A DNA stretch of 64,000 bases from Spirochaetia bacterium (GTDB lineage Bacteria; Spirochaetota; Spirochaetia; DSM-16054; Sediminispirochaetaceae), in NCBI GenBank assembly GCA_034520965.1, contig JAXHMY010000003.1, positions 608,001 through 672,000 on the forward strand, given 5' to 3'. Below are positions 18,934 through 28,382 of the stretch, one piece after another. The first letter of the stretch is position 1. Each line of letters opens with the position of its first letter. Below the pieces are notes generated by a model, which saw only the letters and a program-made list of their open reading frames with translations, was not told the DNA's origin and did no database searches. Made by a program: the position numbers and the translations under genes.

Positions 18934-21204
18934 CTAGATTGAGACTCCCACCGAATACGCCGAACGGCTGGCCTCCAGGACCTTGCCCAGTTCAAAGGAG
19001 TCACCGATTACTCTTATATCGGGAGCAGCATTGGAGTGTATCAGTTCCCGGTACAAGCCATCTTCAGGATGTGCACCGGCGGCCAAAATCACTATATCTG
19101 CCGGCATTGTCTCATCCTGCGGTTCTTCCTTGATTTTCTTGGCAAAGGGGTTTTCAATGTTCTCCGGCAGGAGAGGAGCCCAGGTCACGTACGGATCGGG
19201 AACAGTCTTGGAGATATTCCGGCTCAGCAGAACATCCTTCTCGCGGACCTCCTTCAGACGGGTACAGTTGAGCAAAGGCACCTTCTGCTTCTCCAAATAG
19301 TGAATAAGCCATCCCCGGTTGGCCGTGCAGACCCCGGGCATTATGTGGGGCAGCATTTCTACCACACTCACATTCCGTCCCTTTTCGTGGGACAGGAAGT
19401 ACGCAGTTTCGCAGCCCACTACCCCGCCGCCGACTACCACAATATTTTGTGATTCTCCGATAATGGCGGGATCCCGCAATACATCTACCGCGAACACCAC
19501 ATTATCGGCATCGATTCCGGGTACCGGCGGGCGGCTCTGCTGTGAGCCGACAGCATGAAGGATTACCTCATAGTTTTCCTTTTTCAGCTCTTCCACACCG
19601 GGAGCGGTAGAGGTACGCAGTATGAAACCACACTCTCTCTTTGCCTTTTCGACTTCCTTTCTAAGATACTCCAGATAGTTGATAATATCGAATTTGATCG
19701 CCGGCTGCGAACCGGGAATCAACATTCCGCCAATGTTCTCCCGGGCCTCATAAAGTGTAACCTGGTGTCCTCGCTGGGCAGCAGTGAGAGCACTGATAAT
19801 TCCCGCCGGACCGCCGCCGACAACGGCCACTTTCTTGACCTTCCTGGCCGGCGCCATTTCGCTGCCGTCGTATAGATCTTCGAACCCGGTTTTGGGATTT
19901 ACCGCACACTGCGGATGCCCCCCTTCAACAAACTCGTTGATGCAGCCCTCTTGGCAGCCGATGCAGGGGGTAATGTCCTTGACCCTGCCGGCGAAGGCTT
20001 TGTTGGGCCATTCAGGATCGGCCAGCAAGGGGCGTCCGAGCATTACCATGTCGCATTTCTTATCGCGCAGGGCCTGTTCGGCCAGATCGGGGTAACCCAG
20101 TTTACCCACCGCAACCACCGGAACCTCTTGGCCGGCATTGGACTTGATACTGCGGGAGGCAAAGTGTTCTTTCACCAGCTGGGCCACATCGAGGTAACAG
20201 CCGGGCGCCATTGAACCCGGAGGATGGGGCAGCCACCAATTATCGTAACAACCTACATCAACGTCAAACATATCGACCCCGGCCCGTACCAATGCCTCCA
20301 TGTAATCCAGGGTCTGCTCTACAGTGCGCTCGTTCCTGAACTTCTTCAGGCTTTTGATTTTTGGCAGCTTTTCTCCATAGGTTTCATTCAACAGCAGGGA
20401 AAGATCGATCCGGTACATGATCGGGTATGAGTCACAGGTTCTTCTTCTGATCTCCCTTACCATATCGGTACCGAAACGCTTCCAATCCGAATACGCACCT
20501 ATTTTTCTGCGGTTGAAAGCGGGGTTGGTCATCTGCTCAAGCAGATAGCCCTCGTGCCCGTGCAGATACACGCCGTCAATGGTCATAGCCTTTGCGTCCG
20601 CCGCAGCCTGGCCGGCGTTTTTGATAATCTTCTTCGCCTGTCGGCCTGAAAGGGGGCGGCAGGGAATTGCGGGAATGTAGAAGTTCGGGTTCCACGAAGC
20701 CGATACGGGCATTTTAAGTTTGTTCACCATACATTCAGGAGACCCGACCCGTCCGAGTCCGGGGGTAAGCTGGATAAAGAAGCGTGCCCCGTGGGCATGA
20801 CAACGCTCTGCCAGGTCGCGCCACCCGGCCAGGTTGGAACGGCTGCGGTCTATCCGCGGGAAATAGGTCAGCTTGTCGAGTTCGGTCACCGAAGGATCTA
20901 TCCCGTGACTCACCGGTACCAGTCCCGATGTAATCAAGCCGACCCCGCCTTTCGCCCGGGCGGTGAAGTATTCGATCATTTTTGAATTGGGCCGGCCGGT
21001 CTCTTCGGCCATGTTGATATTGCCCATGGGGGCCATCACCAGCCTGTTTTTTATTGTGAGGCGGTTTATCTGTATCGGCGAAAACATCGCAGTATAAGGG
21101 TGCAGATCGGCTGTCATTTTGCCCGATTTTAATTTCTCTTCATCCTCATACCAGGTTCCAAAGCTATCGGAAAGCTCTTGAATTTTCTGCTGGTTTCTAC
21201 TCAT
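18934..21204 (-). CDS. NADH:flavin oxidoreductase, 2-enoate-reductase-like (OYE barrel + 4Fe-4S + FAD)
   Basis: KNRLVMAPM, HGHEGYLLEQ, CIGCQEGC...C cluster motif, GGGPAG and GGGVVGCE; start ATG 21204 after AAGGAGA. Confidence 0.9.
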   Translation of the reverse strand: MSRNQQKIQELSDSFGTWYEDEEKLKSGKMTADLHPYTAMFSPIQINRLTIKNRLVMAPMGNINMAEETGRPNSKMIEYFTARAKGGVGLITSGLVPVSHGIDPSVTELDKLTYFPRIDRSRSNLAGWRDLAERCHAHGARFFIQLTPGLGRVGSPECMVNKLKMPVSASWNPNFYIPAIPCRPLSGRQAKKIIKNAGQAAADAKAMTIDGVYLHGHEGYLLEQMTNPAFNRRKIGAYSDWKRFGTDMVREIRRRTCDSYPIMYRIDLSLLLNETYGEKLPKIKSLKKFRNERTVEQTLDYMEALVRAGVDMFDVDVGCYDNWWLPHPPGSMAPGCYLDVAQLVKEHFASRSIKSNAGQEVPVVAVGKLGYPDLAEQALRDKKCDMVMLGRPLLADPEWPNKAFAGRVKDITPCIGCQEGCINEFVEGGHPQCAVNPKTGFEDLYDGSEMAPARKVKKVAVVGGGPAGIISALTAAQRGHQVTLYEARENIGGMLIPGSQPAIKFDIINYLEYLRKEVEKAKRECGFILRTSTAPGVEELKKENYEVILHAVGSQQSRPPVPGIDADNVVFAVDVLRDPAIIGESQNIVVVGGGVVGCETAYFLSHEKGRNVSVVEMLPHIMPGVCTANRGWLIHYLEKQKVPLLNCTRLKEVREKDVLLSRNISKTVPDPYVTWAPLLPENIENPFAKKIKEEPQDETMPADIVILAAGAHPEDGLYRELIHSNAAPDIRVIGDSFELGKVLEASRSAYSVGVSI

Positions 21205-21274
21205 CTTCTGTCTCCTTGTGAAGCAGTAGAAATATAGTATCATGAACACAGTAACGAGACCATTGGAAACAGGA

Positions 21275-21314
21275 ATTCTAATTTTGGAAGTCTTTTGACT
21301 TCCAAAATTAGAAT
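21275..21314. repeat. palindromic element family A, copy 2
   Basis: ATTCTAATTTTGGAAGTC-TTTT-GACTTCCAAAATTAGAAT. Confidence 0.85.
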
Positions 21315-21363
21315 AATTTCAAACCCTTTAAGGTAAATTACTTATCCTAAAAAAAATGTGAGC

Positions 21364-21406
21364 ATTCTAAATTTGAAAATTTTAATAAAATTTTCAAATT
21401 TAGAAT
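21364..21406. repeat. palindromic element family A, copy 3 (diverged core)
   Basis: ATTCTAAATTTGAAAATTTTA-A-TAAAATTTTCAAATTTAGAAT. Confidence 0.75.
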
Positions 21407-21498
21407 CGCTGCATTGGAAACACAGCGCATTGAAAGTGAGGGAAGAATACAGTACAGTGATGGTATCAAAGACGAAAAAAGATACAGGAGCAGATAAA

Positions 21499-21984
21499 AT
21501 GAGTACACAACAATGGGACAACCCACCGCAGATGCAGATCGATACCGAGGCGCAGCACTTTGCGACTCTCAAAACTAGCAAGGGAGATATAGAGTTGCAG
21601 CTGTTTCCCGAGCACGCACCGAAGACGGTGAACAACTTTGTGTTTCTCGCCGAGCAGGCCTTTTATGACGGGGTCCTTTTTCACCGGGTTATCAACAACT
21701 TTATGGTACAAACCGGAGACCCCACCGGAACCGGACGAGGCGGACCCGGATATCGCTTCGAGGACGAGACGAAGGGCAATCCCCTGAAGCATGAGGCAAA
21801 AGTAGCCTCCATGGCCAACGCCGGACCAAACACCAACGGCAGCCAGTTTTTTATTACCCATGCCCCTCAACCCCATTTGAACGGGAAACACACCGTATTC
21901 GGCAAGGTGACCAAGGGCGCTGAGGTGGTGGATGATATTAAACAGGGCGACAGTATTAAATCGGTGGAGATTCACAAAGCCTAG
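21499..21984 (+). CDS. cyclophilin-type peptidyl-prolyl isomerase
   Basis: [57 protein letters not shown] 21499 after AGGAG. Confidence 0.96.
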   Translation: MSTQQWDNPPQMQIDTEAQHFATLKTSKGDIELQLFPEHAPKTVNNFVFLAEQAFYDGVLFHRVINNFMVQTGDPTGTGRGGPGYRFEDETKGNPLKHEAKVASMANAGPNTNGSQFFITHAPQPHLNGKHTVFGKVTKGAEVVDDIKQGDSIKSVEIHKA

Positions 21985-21993
21985 TCTGAGAGT

Positions 21994-23051
21994 ATGAACA
22001 GTATACACGATGCATCCCCCGCCGGCGATTTCGACCTTTTGTCTCCGGAGCTTGTTCTGAAGGCGGTGGAAGGAGCCTTTGGCCTTAGTTTGACCGACAA
22101 CATTACCCAGTACAACAGTTACATTAACCGTGTGTACGAACTCCACGGGGAGGGCGACCGGCGGTACATGGCAAAGTTCTACCGCCCCGGCCGTTGGAGC
22201 GAAGAAGCAATCCTGGAGGAACATACCTTCATTCAGGACTGTGTGGAGATGGAGATTCCCACCGTAGCTCCCCTGCCAGACCCGGAGGAGACACCCTCCC
22301 TGTAGTGGAGGTGGTAGATCCGGCCCGGGAAGAATCAGGGACGACCGGAACAAGCACCGCAGCCTCCGAGCCCGCGAACCTGCAGGAGTATCCCTTTGCC
22401 CTCTTTCCAAAAAGGGGCGGTCGCAACTTCGACGCCGAGACCGAGGAGGACTGGCTGCGGCTGGGAGCCCTGGTGGGGCGCATGCACACAGCAGCACTGC
22501 AGCGAGGTGCCGACCGACGGCAGTACTGCCTGCCGTCACCCATTATCAATCAGTGCCTGCAGGAACTTGACGAGGGGAATGCGGTGCACCCCGAGCACCG
22601 GCAGGAGTTTTTTGAACTGGCCACGGAGATTCGCAAGCGTATCGAACCCTTGTTTGAAGGGGTGCCCCTTCAACGGGTGCACGGAGACTGCCACCGGGGC
22701 AACATTCTGGAGCGTCCTGGGGAGGGACTCCTGCTAATCGACTTCGATGATATGATGATAGGTCCTGCCGTCCAGGACCTGTGGCTTCTGCTGCCCTCGC
22801 GGGTAGATAACTGCCCGCAGGAGTTCAACCTGATTGCAGAGGGCTACGAGCAGTTCCGCCCCTTCGACTACTCTCAGAAGCGGCTGATAGAGCCCCTCCG
22901 GGCCATGCGCATGCTCTACTACCTGGCCTGGGAAGCACGGCAGCGCAACGACCGCCGCTTTCGCACCGAACACCCCCACTGGGGCGGCAGCGCCTACTGG
23001 AGCAAGGAGATCGAAGACCTACGCGACCAGCTGCTGTATTGCAGCGAGTAA
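21994..23051 (+). CDS. srkA: stress response Ser/Thr kinase SrkA/RdoA, one frameshift near 22288
   Basis: NSYINRVY, AKFYRPGRWS in ORF 21994-22305; HGDCHRGNIL, IDFDD, AVQDLW in ORF 22194-23051; adding one G (GAG GGA GAC) joins them. Confidence 0.85.
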
Positions 23052-23107
23052 AGGTTTACAGATAGCAATAGGAAACTTTTTTTGTTATACTACGGACGGA
23101 GGTTTAG

Positions 23108-23359
23108 ATGCCTAAAGTTACTGTAGATATGTCTATTGAGGACATTGCAGAGTCTATTTCCCGTCTTTCTTCTGAAGAACGGGAAACTTTATTACTTTTG
23201 CTTTCACCGAAAGGTGAAGAATTGAAAACCCGTAAAGAGGAAATTGAGAGTGGAAAGATAACGACCTTATCTCACGAAGAAATGTTTGATGCCTCAACTT
23301 CGTTATCATCCCAAAGTAAAAAAAGATTTAAAGCATTTCGAACCACAACTTTTGAATAA
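23108..23359 (+). CDS. putative type II antitoxin
   Basis: Small ORF directly upstream of and overlapping a RelE-like toxin; EEIESGKITTLSHEEMF resembles addiction-module partner tails; GGAGG RBS. Confidence 0.6.
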   Translation: MPKVTVDMSIEDIAESISRLSSEERETLLLLLSPKGEELKTRKEEIESGKITTLSHEEMFDASTSLSSQSKKRFKAFRTTTFE

Positions 23360-23576
23360 AATCCGTGATGAGTATCTTGCAGTTATTAAAGAAAATCCAA
23401 CCAAAGGGAAAGCTTTGAGAGGCTATCTACATGGGATCCTCTCGTATCATTTCAAGTTTCAAAAGTTCCAATATCGAATTGCCTATATGTATTCCAAGCA
23501 GGATCAAATTATTACTGTTTTAATGATCGGGAAGCGGGAGAACTTTTATAGCATACTTTCTAGACGTGTTTCATAG
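23289..23576 (+). CDS. RelE/ParE family toxin
   Basis: 95 aa, basic; HPKVKKDLK, NPTKGKALRGYL, YRIAY, LMIGKRENFY. Confidence 0.85.
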   Translation: MPQLRYHPKVKKDLKHFEPQLLNKIRDEYLAVIKENPTKGKALRGYLHGILSYHFKFQKFQYRIAYMYSKQDQIITVLMIGKRENFYSILSRRVS

Positions 23577-23672
23577 TCACCCACATCAATACTACACATG
23601 CATTTTTTCCTACCAATTAAATCTAAATACTACTACAATTAAGACATAAAAAAATTGATAAGGAGCGAGTGT

Positions 23673-24053
23673 ATGGGTTTAGTATCGAGTCTGATGGGCA
23701 ATGCCGGTGCGGTAGAACCTTCGAAACTGCAGGAGCAGTATGGCAAACTGTTTACAGAGGGCGAAGAGGTCGAATTAGGCTTCAAGCTGGTACGGGATGT
23801 GTTTATATTCACCAACCGCCGGCTCATTTTGGTAGATGTACAGGGTATCACTGGTAAAAAAACTTCTTATCTCTCAGTGGGCTATAAGAGCATTAGCCGT
23901 TTCAGTCTGGAGACTTCCGGTCATTTCGACCTCGATGCTGAGTTGAAGATATGGCTCTCCGGAGAAAACTCCCCCACTATCGATAAGCAGTTTAACAAGA
24001 AAGTAGATGTGTACGCGCTGCAGAAACTGCTTGCATCGCATGTGATGGGCTAA
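23673..24053 (+). CDS. bacterial PH domain protein
   Basis: RDVFIFTNRRLILVDVQGITGKK, FSLETSGHFDLDAELKIW; ATG 23673 after AAGGAG. Confidence 0.88.
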   Translation: MGLVSSLMGNAGAVEPSKLQEQYGKLFTEGEEVELGFKLVRDVFIFTNRRLILVDVQGITGKKTSYLSVGYKSISRFSLETSGHFDLDAELKIWLSGENSPTIDKQFNKKVDVYALQKLLASHVMG

Positions 24054-24139
24054 AAACAGCACGAGCTACGATTTTGACGAGCTCAAGCAGCGCCTGGAGT
24101 AGCTCGACCTCAGTTTGGCCTGATTTACCCTTTAAAAAG

Positions 24140-24165
24140 CAAAAGCCCCCGGTAATGGGGGCTAT
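24140..24165. terminator. hairpin, probable terminator
   Basis: AGCCCCC-GGTAAT-GGGGGCT with adjacent A-run (T-run on minus strand). Confidence 0.5.
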
Positions 24166-24214
24166 ATTGATGTAAAGCTTAAGTTGTTTCTCTATTATAT
24201 TCATATGATTTATT

Positions 24215-24620
24215 TTAATCAATAGGTTTTATAAATTCATTTCCATAGACAGCCGGGCAGCACCAGGCATCATCATTCATGTCGGCCCCGCGCTTTTCCA
24301 ACTCGGTACCGGTTGCTCCGTCGATTATCACCACCCCGCTGCCCGGCTGCACTGGATACCCTTCTGTTTTTATATTGGTAGGATGGCCGCGCCACTCTTT
24401 AGATGTTCCAGTGATATTCATCCCGCATGAGGGACTGCCGTCCAGGCCAATCACCAGCAGTTTATAATTATACGAGGGATACTGCTGCAGTTGGTCGAGC
24501 ACCATAACCGATAGGTCGCGGCAGTGCTGCCGGTACTTGGGAGTGTCATACTGATCAATAACGGCGGAAAAGCGGTTCAAGCCGGTAAAAGAGCACTCCG
24601 AGAGGGGCGGGCCGGGAGGC
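24215..24620 (-). pseudogene. chimeric remnant: DUF523/CD3072-like C-terminal half joined to homocysteine S-methyltransferase N-terminus
   Basis: DQYDTPKYRQHC...IGLDGSPSCG then VIIDGATGTELEKRGADMNDDAWC; both truncated, no own start. Confidence 0.6.
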
Positions 24621-24630
24621 GCCCAGAAAA

Positions 24631-25954
24631 TCACTCCGGAGGAGATAGGGGAGATGAGGGAGCTTGGGGTACTGAAGTGCGCCGCTTGACTTTCAGGGGG
24701 CGGCCCACCTTGCGCAGCAGATGAAATGCCGCCGCAGAGGTTCGGGGATACACACGAAAGGAGCTTTTGCGAAACCGGGGCAGCCGGGGCACAAGGCGCA
24801 CCCGCAGCAGAGCAAACAGAATGTAGAGCCCCAGGGGCAGGGCCATCGAGTAAAACAGCCCCGCCGGACCTAACCTGGACATAAACAGCCCCCCTAACAG
24901 CGGCCCCGCCGCCGAACCTATTCCGTAATATACAATGATAGCGCCGGCGGCATGTACCATCTCGTCCGGGTTCAGCTGATCGTTCATCAGGGCAATACAC
25001 AGCGAATACATGGGCATTGCAAAGCCGCCGAACAGCAGAACAAGGGGATACAGCATCAGGCCACTCGCCTTGGTCACCGCAATCATCAGGGCCGCCGCGA
25101 TTCCAACTATCGCACTCAGCAGAATCGCTTTTCTACGGTCGCGTCGGTCGGAAATCAGGCCCAAAGGCCACTGGAAGGCCAGAGTTCCCAGGGAAACCAA
25201 CAGCATCAGAAAACCGATCTGCGCCTCAGCTACCCCTACCTGCTGCCCGTAGCGCGGGACCAGACTCCAACTGGCTCCAAATATGAGCCCGCTTAACATT
25301 ATCCCGCTTCCGGCCAAGGGCGAACGCATAAAGGTCTGCACCAGCAGAGCCTTCTGCTTGCGTACCTGGGGCATCCCCGTTACCTTGGTCAGCGCCAGGG
25401 GTACCAAACAGAGGGAGATCAGCACCGTGGTAATTCCGAATATTTCAAAATTTGCCGGAGAGAAAACCCCGATAAGCGGCTGTCCAAGTCCCAGCGAAAC
25501 ATGATAGACCATACCATACACACTGAGCACCCGCCCGCGATTCCGGCTAGTTGAAGAGACATTCAGCCAGCTCTCTACCACCACCAGCATCACCGACAGA
25601 CACAGGCCGTGCATCAGGCGCAGCACGATCCAGGCATAGGGGTTACATGAGGATAACATGGAAAATCGCCGAGGCCGAGGCGATTGAGGCAAAGGCGGCA
25701 AAGGACCGCACATAGCCTACGGTGCGGATAACCGGTGCGGCAATAAAGACGCCGACGGCTAATCCGGCGTAGTACACCGACATAATCACACCGATGAGCG
25801 GCTCGGGGAAGCCCTCGATACCTGCACGAATCGCCAGCGCCGTTCCCTGCAGGGCCGATCCGACCCCCATAAGCAGCACCGCCACCATAATGGCCGTGAT
25901 GGTGGTAAGCGGGCGGTTTTCTTCCTGATAACTTAACTCTTGTGTTTCCGACAT
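24631..25954 (-). CDS. MFS transporter (YcaD-like), one frameshift near 25646
   Basis: N-half 25643-25954 (GSALQGT, GYVRSFA) continues in 24631-25713 (VVESWLN...RGRVLSVY, QWPLGLISDRRDRR). Confidence 0.85.
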
Positions 25955-26042
25955 ATCTCTATTTGTAACGGAAATACACTGCTATAGCAAGCTATGCGCA
26001 GATGGCTGGGCCCGAAGGCCCGAGCCAGGGGCTGGGACAGTT

Positions 26043-26504
26043 TTAGTACTTACAGTTGGGGCAGCTGCTGGTGTCCACCAGATCATACCGCGCAAGCAAA
26101 CCGAAAATCTTACACCCGGCGCAATAGCGAAGGAAGCACTCCAGAAAGGAGAATGTGCCCAAAAGCAGGAGCGTTGCCGCTGCATAATTCGGCAATTCCA
26201 CTGAGCTTAAAATTGCAGCAATACCGGACAGGAGCAAACCTATCCTTGCCGCAAAACGTTTTGGAGTAAAAAATATCTGCTTATCCTTTGCCGTAAAAAG
26301 ACGGGAACTTGCTGTTTTTGACAACCAAGCAAGGGGGCTGAATTTTGGATGTATGAACCCGCGGATAAAGAAATCCGCCGCAAGCAGCAGGGGTATCCAC
26401 ATCCCCCCAAAATACACTCCGGAAAGACTCAGCAGGATCACCCACAAGGCCACCCCGCGGACTACAGATTCTTGTACTATCTTTGGATATTCTATACGTT
26501 TCAT
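26043..26504 (-). CDS. DUF4395 family membrane protein
   Basis: DFFIRGF, SPL, PKRFAARIG, FLECFLRYCAGC motifs. Confidence 0.8.
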   Translation of the reverse strand: MKRIEYPKIVQESVVRGVALWVILLSLSGVYFGGMWIPLLLAADFFIRGFIHPKFSPLAWLSKTASSRLFTAKDKQIFFTPKRFAARIGLLLSGIAAILSSVELPNYAAATLLLLGTFSFLECFLRYCAGCKIFGLLARYDLVDTSSCPNCKY

Positions 26505-26676
26505 AGTATTAGTATACTAATTATTATTATTTTTGTCAGCTTTTACAGCACACATTCCAAAAGTGGAGAGTCCGCGAATGCTGCGTGGGGCTGCCGCATG
26601 CCTTGTCGCTGCCTTGTCGCTGGCATGTCGCTGGCCCCTGGAACAGTGGAAGCGGTCCCCCACCCATCCCACTAGG

Positions 26677-26746
26677 CTGTACCTCGATGCCGTTAGTCAA
26701 TGAAATTCAGACGTGAAAAACGATGACTAACGGCATCGGGCTCAAG
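26677..26746. repeat. ~70-bp hairpin element family B, copy 2
   Basis: CTGTACCTCGATGCCGTTAGTCA...TGACTAACGGCATCGGG; homologous to 14799-14867. Confidence 0.8.
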
Positions 26747-26834
26747 GGGTAAAGGGCAGGGCACAGGGGTAAAGCTGCGTCCCGGGATCCCTCGCCGGGG
26801 ACCTGCGGCGGACCCGGCCCGGCCCGGCCACCAT

Positions 26835-28214
26835 CTAGGGCTTCCCGCTCCTGTACAGGTACCCGCCGCTGCCCCTCTCGCCGGTAAACTCACCCTGCTC
26901 CACCACCGGGGTTCCGCGAACTATGGTGCTCTCTACGGCTCCGGTTAACTCCAGCCCCTCATAGGGGGTCCAGCCGCAGGCCTCGTGCAGCCCCTCGGCG
27001 GTAATAGTGTGGCGGGCCGTGGGGTCAAACACAACCAGGTCCGCATCGTAGCCCGGGGCAATCACCCCTTTCTGCGCAAAGCCGTGGAGCCGGGCCGGAA
27101 AAGTCGAGCACAGCTCCACCCAGCGGTTCTCCGAAAAGCGGCCCTTTGCCACCCCTTCACTGTACAGGGCGGCCATCCGCATCTCCAGGGAAGGCACCCC
27201 CCCGGGAATCTTATGAAAACCCCGCTGCAGCCCGGCCTGCTTTTGCTCCTTGGTAAAAGGACAGTGATCGGTAGAGACAATCTGCAGATCGTCCCGGGAC
27301 AGGGCCTGCCACATACCCAGCCGGTCCTGCTCGCTGCGCAGGGGAGGCGCGCACACCGCATACGCCGCCTCGATCCCCTCCCGCTCAAAGGCCCCATTGT
27401 TCAGAAACAGGTATTGGGGACAGGTCTCGCCGTACACCGGTGCTCCCTCCCGGCGGGCGCGGCGTATCTGGGCCACCACCTCACGGGTGCCCACATGAAA
27501 AATCTCCACCGGCAGGCCGACCCAGCGGGCAATGGCAATCACCCGCGCCGCCGCTTCAGCTTCAAACTCCGCCGGACGGGTTTTTCCGTGCCAGCGCGGA
27601 TGGCGGTGCCCCGCATCAACCGCCCGCTGCACCAGGTGCGACAAAAGCTCCCAATTTTCCGCATGCACCACCGCAAGTCCCCCTACCCCGGCAATCGCCT
27701 CCATCGCCTGCAGCAACTGCGCATCGTTCAGCCGATACCCGTAGGCCATATACAGTTTATAAGTGGAAATCCCGAGGGCCGCCGTCTCCTCCACAAAACT
27801 CTGCACCCCGCCGGGGCGCCGGAAAGCCTCGGGGCCGATATTCATATGCCATCCGTAATCTACCACCGCCTGTCCCACAGCCTCCCGCTGCCGCCGGTCA
27901 AAGGCCTGGGCCGCCGATTCACCCTCCTCCGGATGAATAAAAGGAACTACCGTAGTCGTCCCCCCGAAAGCCGCCGCGCGGGTCCCGGTAAAAAAGTCGT
28001 CAGTCGACACTAGGTCACCCCCCAGGTCAAGGGTAAAATGCAAATGTGTATCCACCCCGCCGGGTATCACCAGCTTACCCGCCGCCTCTATCTCGCGCTC
28101 TCCGGCCAGGTCCGCTCCCACCGCAGCAATCTTTCCGTCCTCTACCGCTACATCCGCCGTAAACGACGCATCACTATTTATTACTCTGCCCTTCTTAATT
28201 ACTAGGTCATACAT
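26835..28214 (-). CDS. hydA: dihydropyrimidinase / D-hydantoinase
   Basis: PGGVDTHLH, GGTTT, YKLYMAY (carbamylated Lys), VHAEN, GETCPQYL, STDHCPF. Confidence 0.92.
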   Translation of the reverse strand: MYDLVIKKGRVINSDASFTADVAVEDGKIAAVGADLAGEREIEAAGKLVIPGGVDTHLHFTLDLGGDLVSTDDFFTGTRAAAFGGTTTVVPFIHPEEGESAAQAFDRRQREAVGQAVVDYGWHMNIGPEAFRRPGGVQSFVEETAALGISTYKLYMAYGYRLNDAQLLQAMEAIAGVGGLAVVHAENWELLSHLVQRAVDAGHRHPRWHGKTRPAEFEAEAAARVIAIARWVGLPVEIFHVGTREVVAQIRRARREGAPVYGETCPQYLFLNNGAFEREGIEAAYAVCAPPLRSEQDRLGMWQALSRDDLQIVSTDHCPFTKEQKQAGLQRGFHKIPGGVPSLEMRMAALYSEGVAKGRFSENRWVELCSTFPARLHGFAQKGVIAPGYDADLVVFDPTARHTITAEGLHEACGWTPYEGLELTGAVESTIVRGTPVVEQGEFTGERGSGGYLYRSGKP

Positions 28215-28382
28215 AAATCTCAGCTCCTCTTTAGTATGTAATGTAGGCTGACTCTCCCGAAATTGTCAAAAATTAAAAAAATGCTCTTCCCGTAGATGGC
28301 CTACACCCACGGGCATCTTGCCCGTTCAGCCGGTAGATGACTCCTTGAAGTTCCGCCCATTTCCATTTATCATTCAGCACTT

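Noticed and set aside
21358..21498. N-terminal extensions in the ORF track (cyclophilin, tex, ribD, ribBA, dppA, hydrolase)
   Set aside because: They run through palindromes, terminators, promoters or neighbouring genes; downstream starts fit RBS/promoter signals and family N-termini
24215..25000. 261-aa ORF as a real gene
   Set aside because: The first half is an alternate frame of the MFS 3' end; the rest consists of two unrelated truncated fragments
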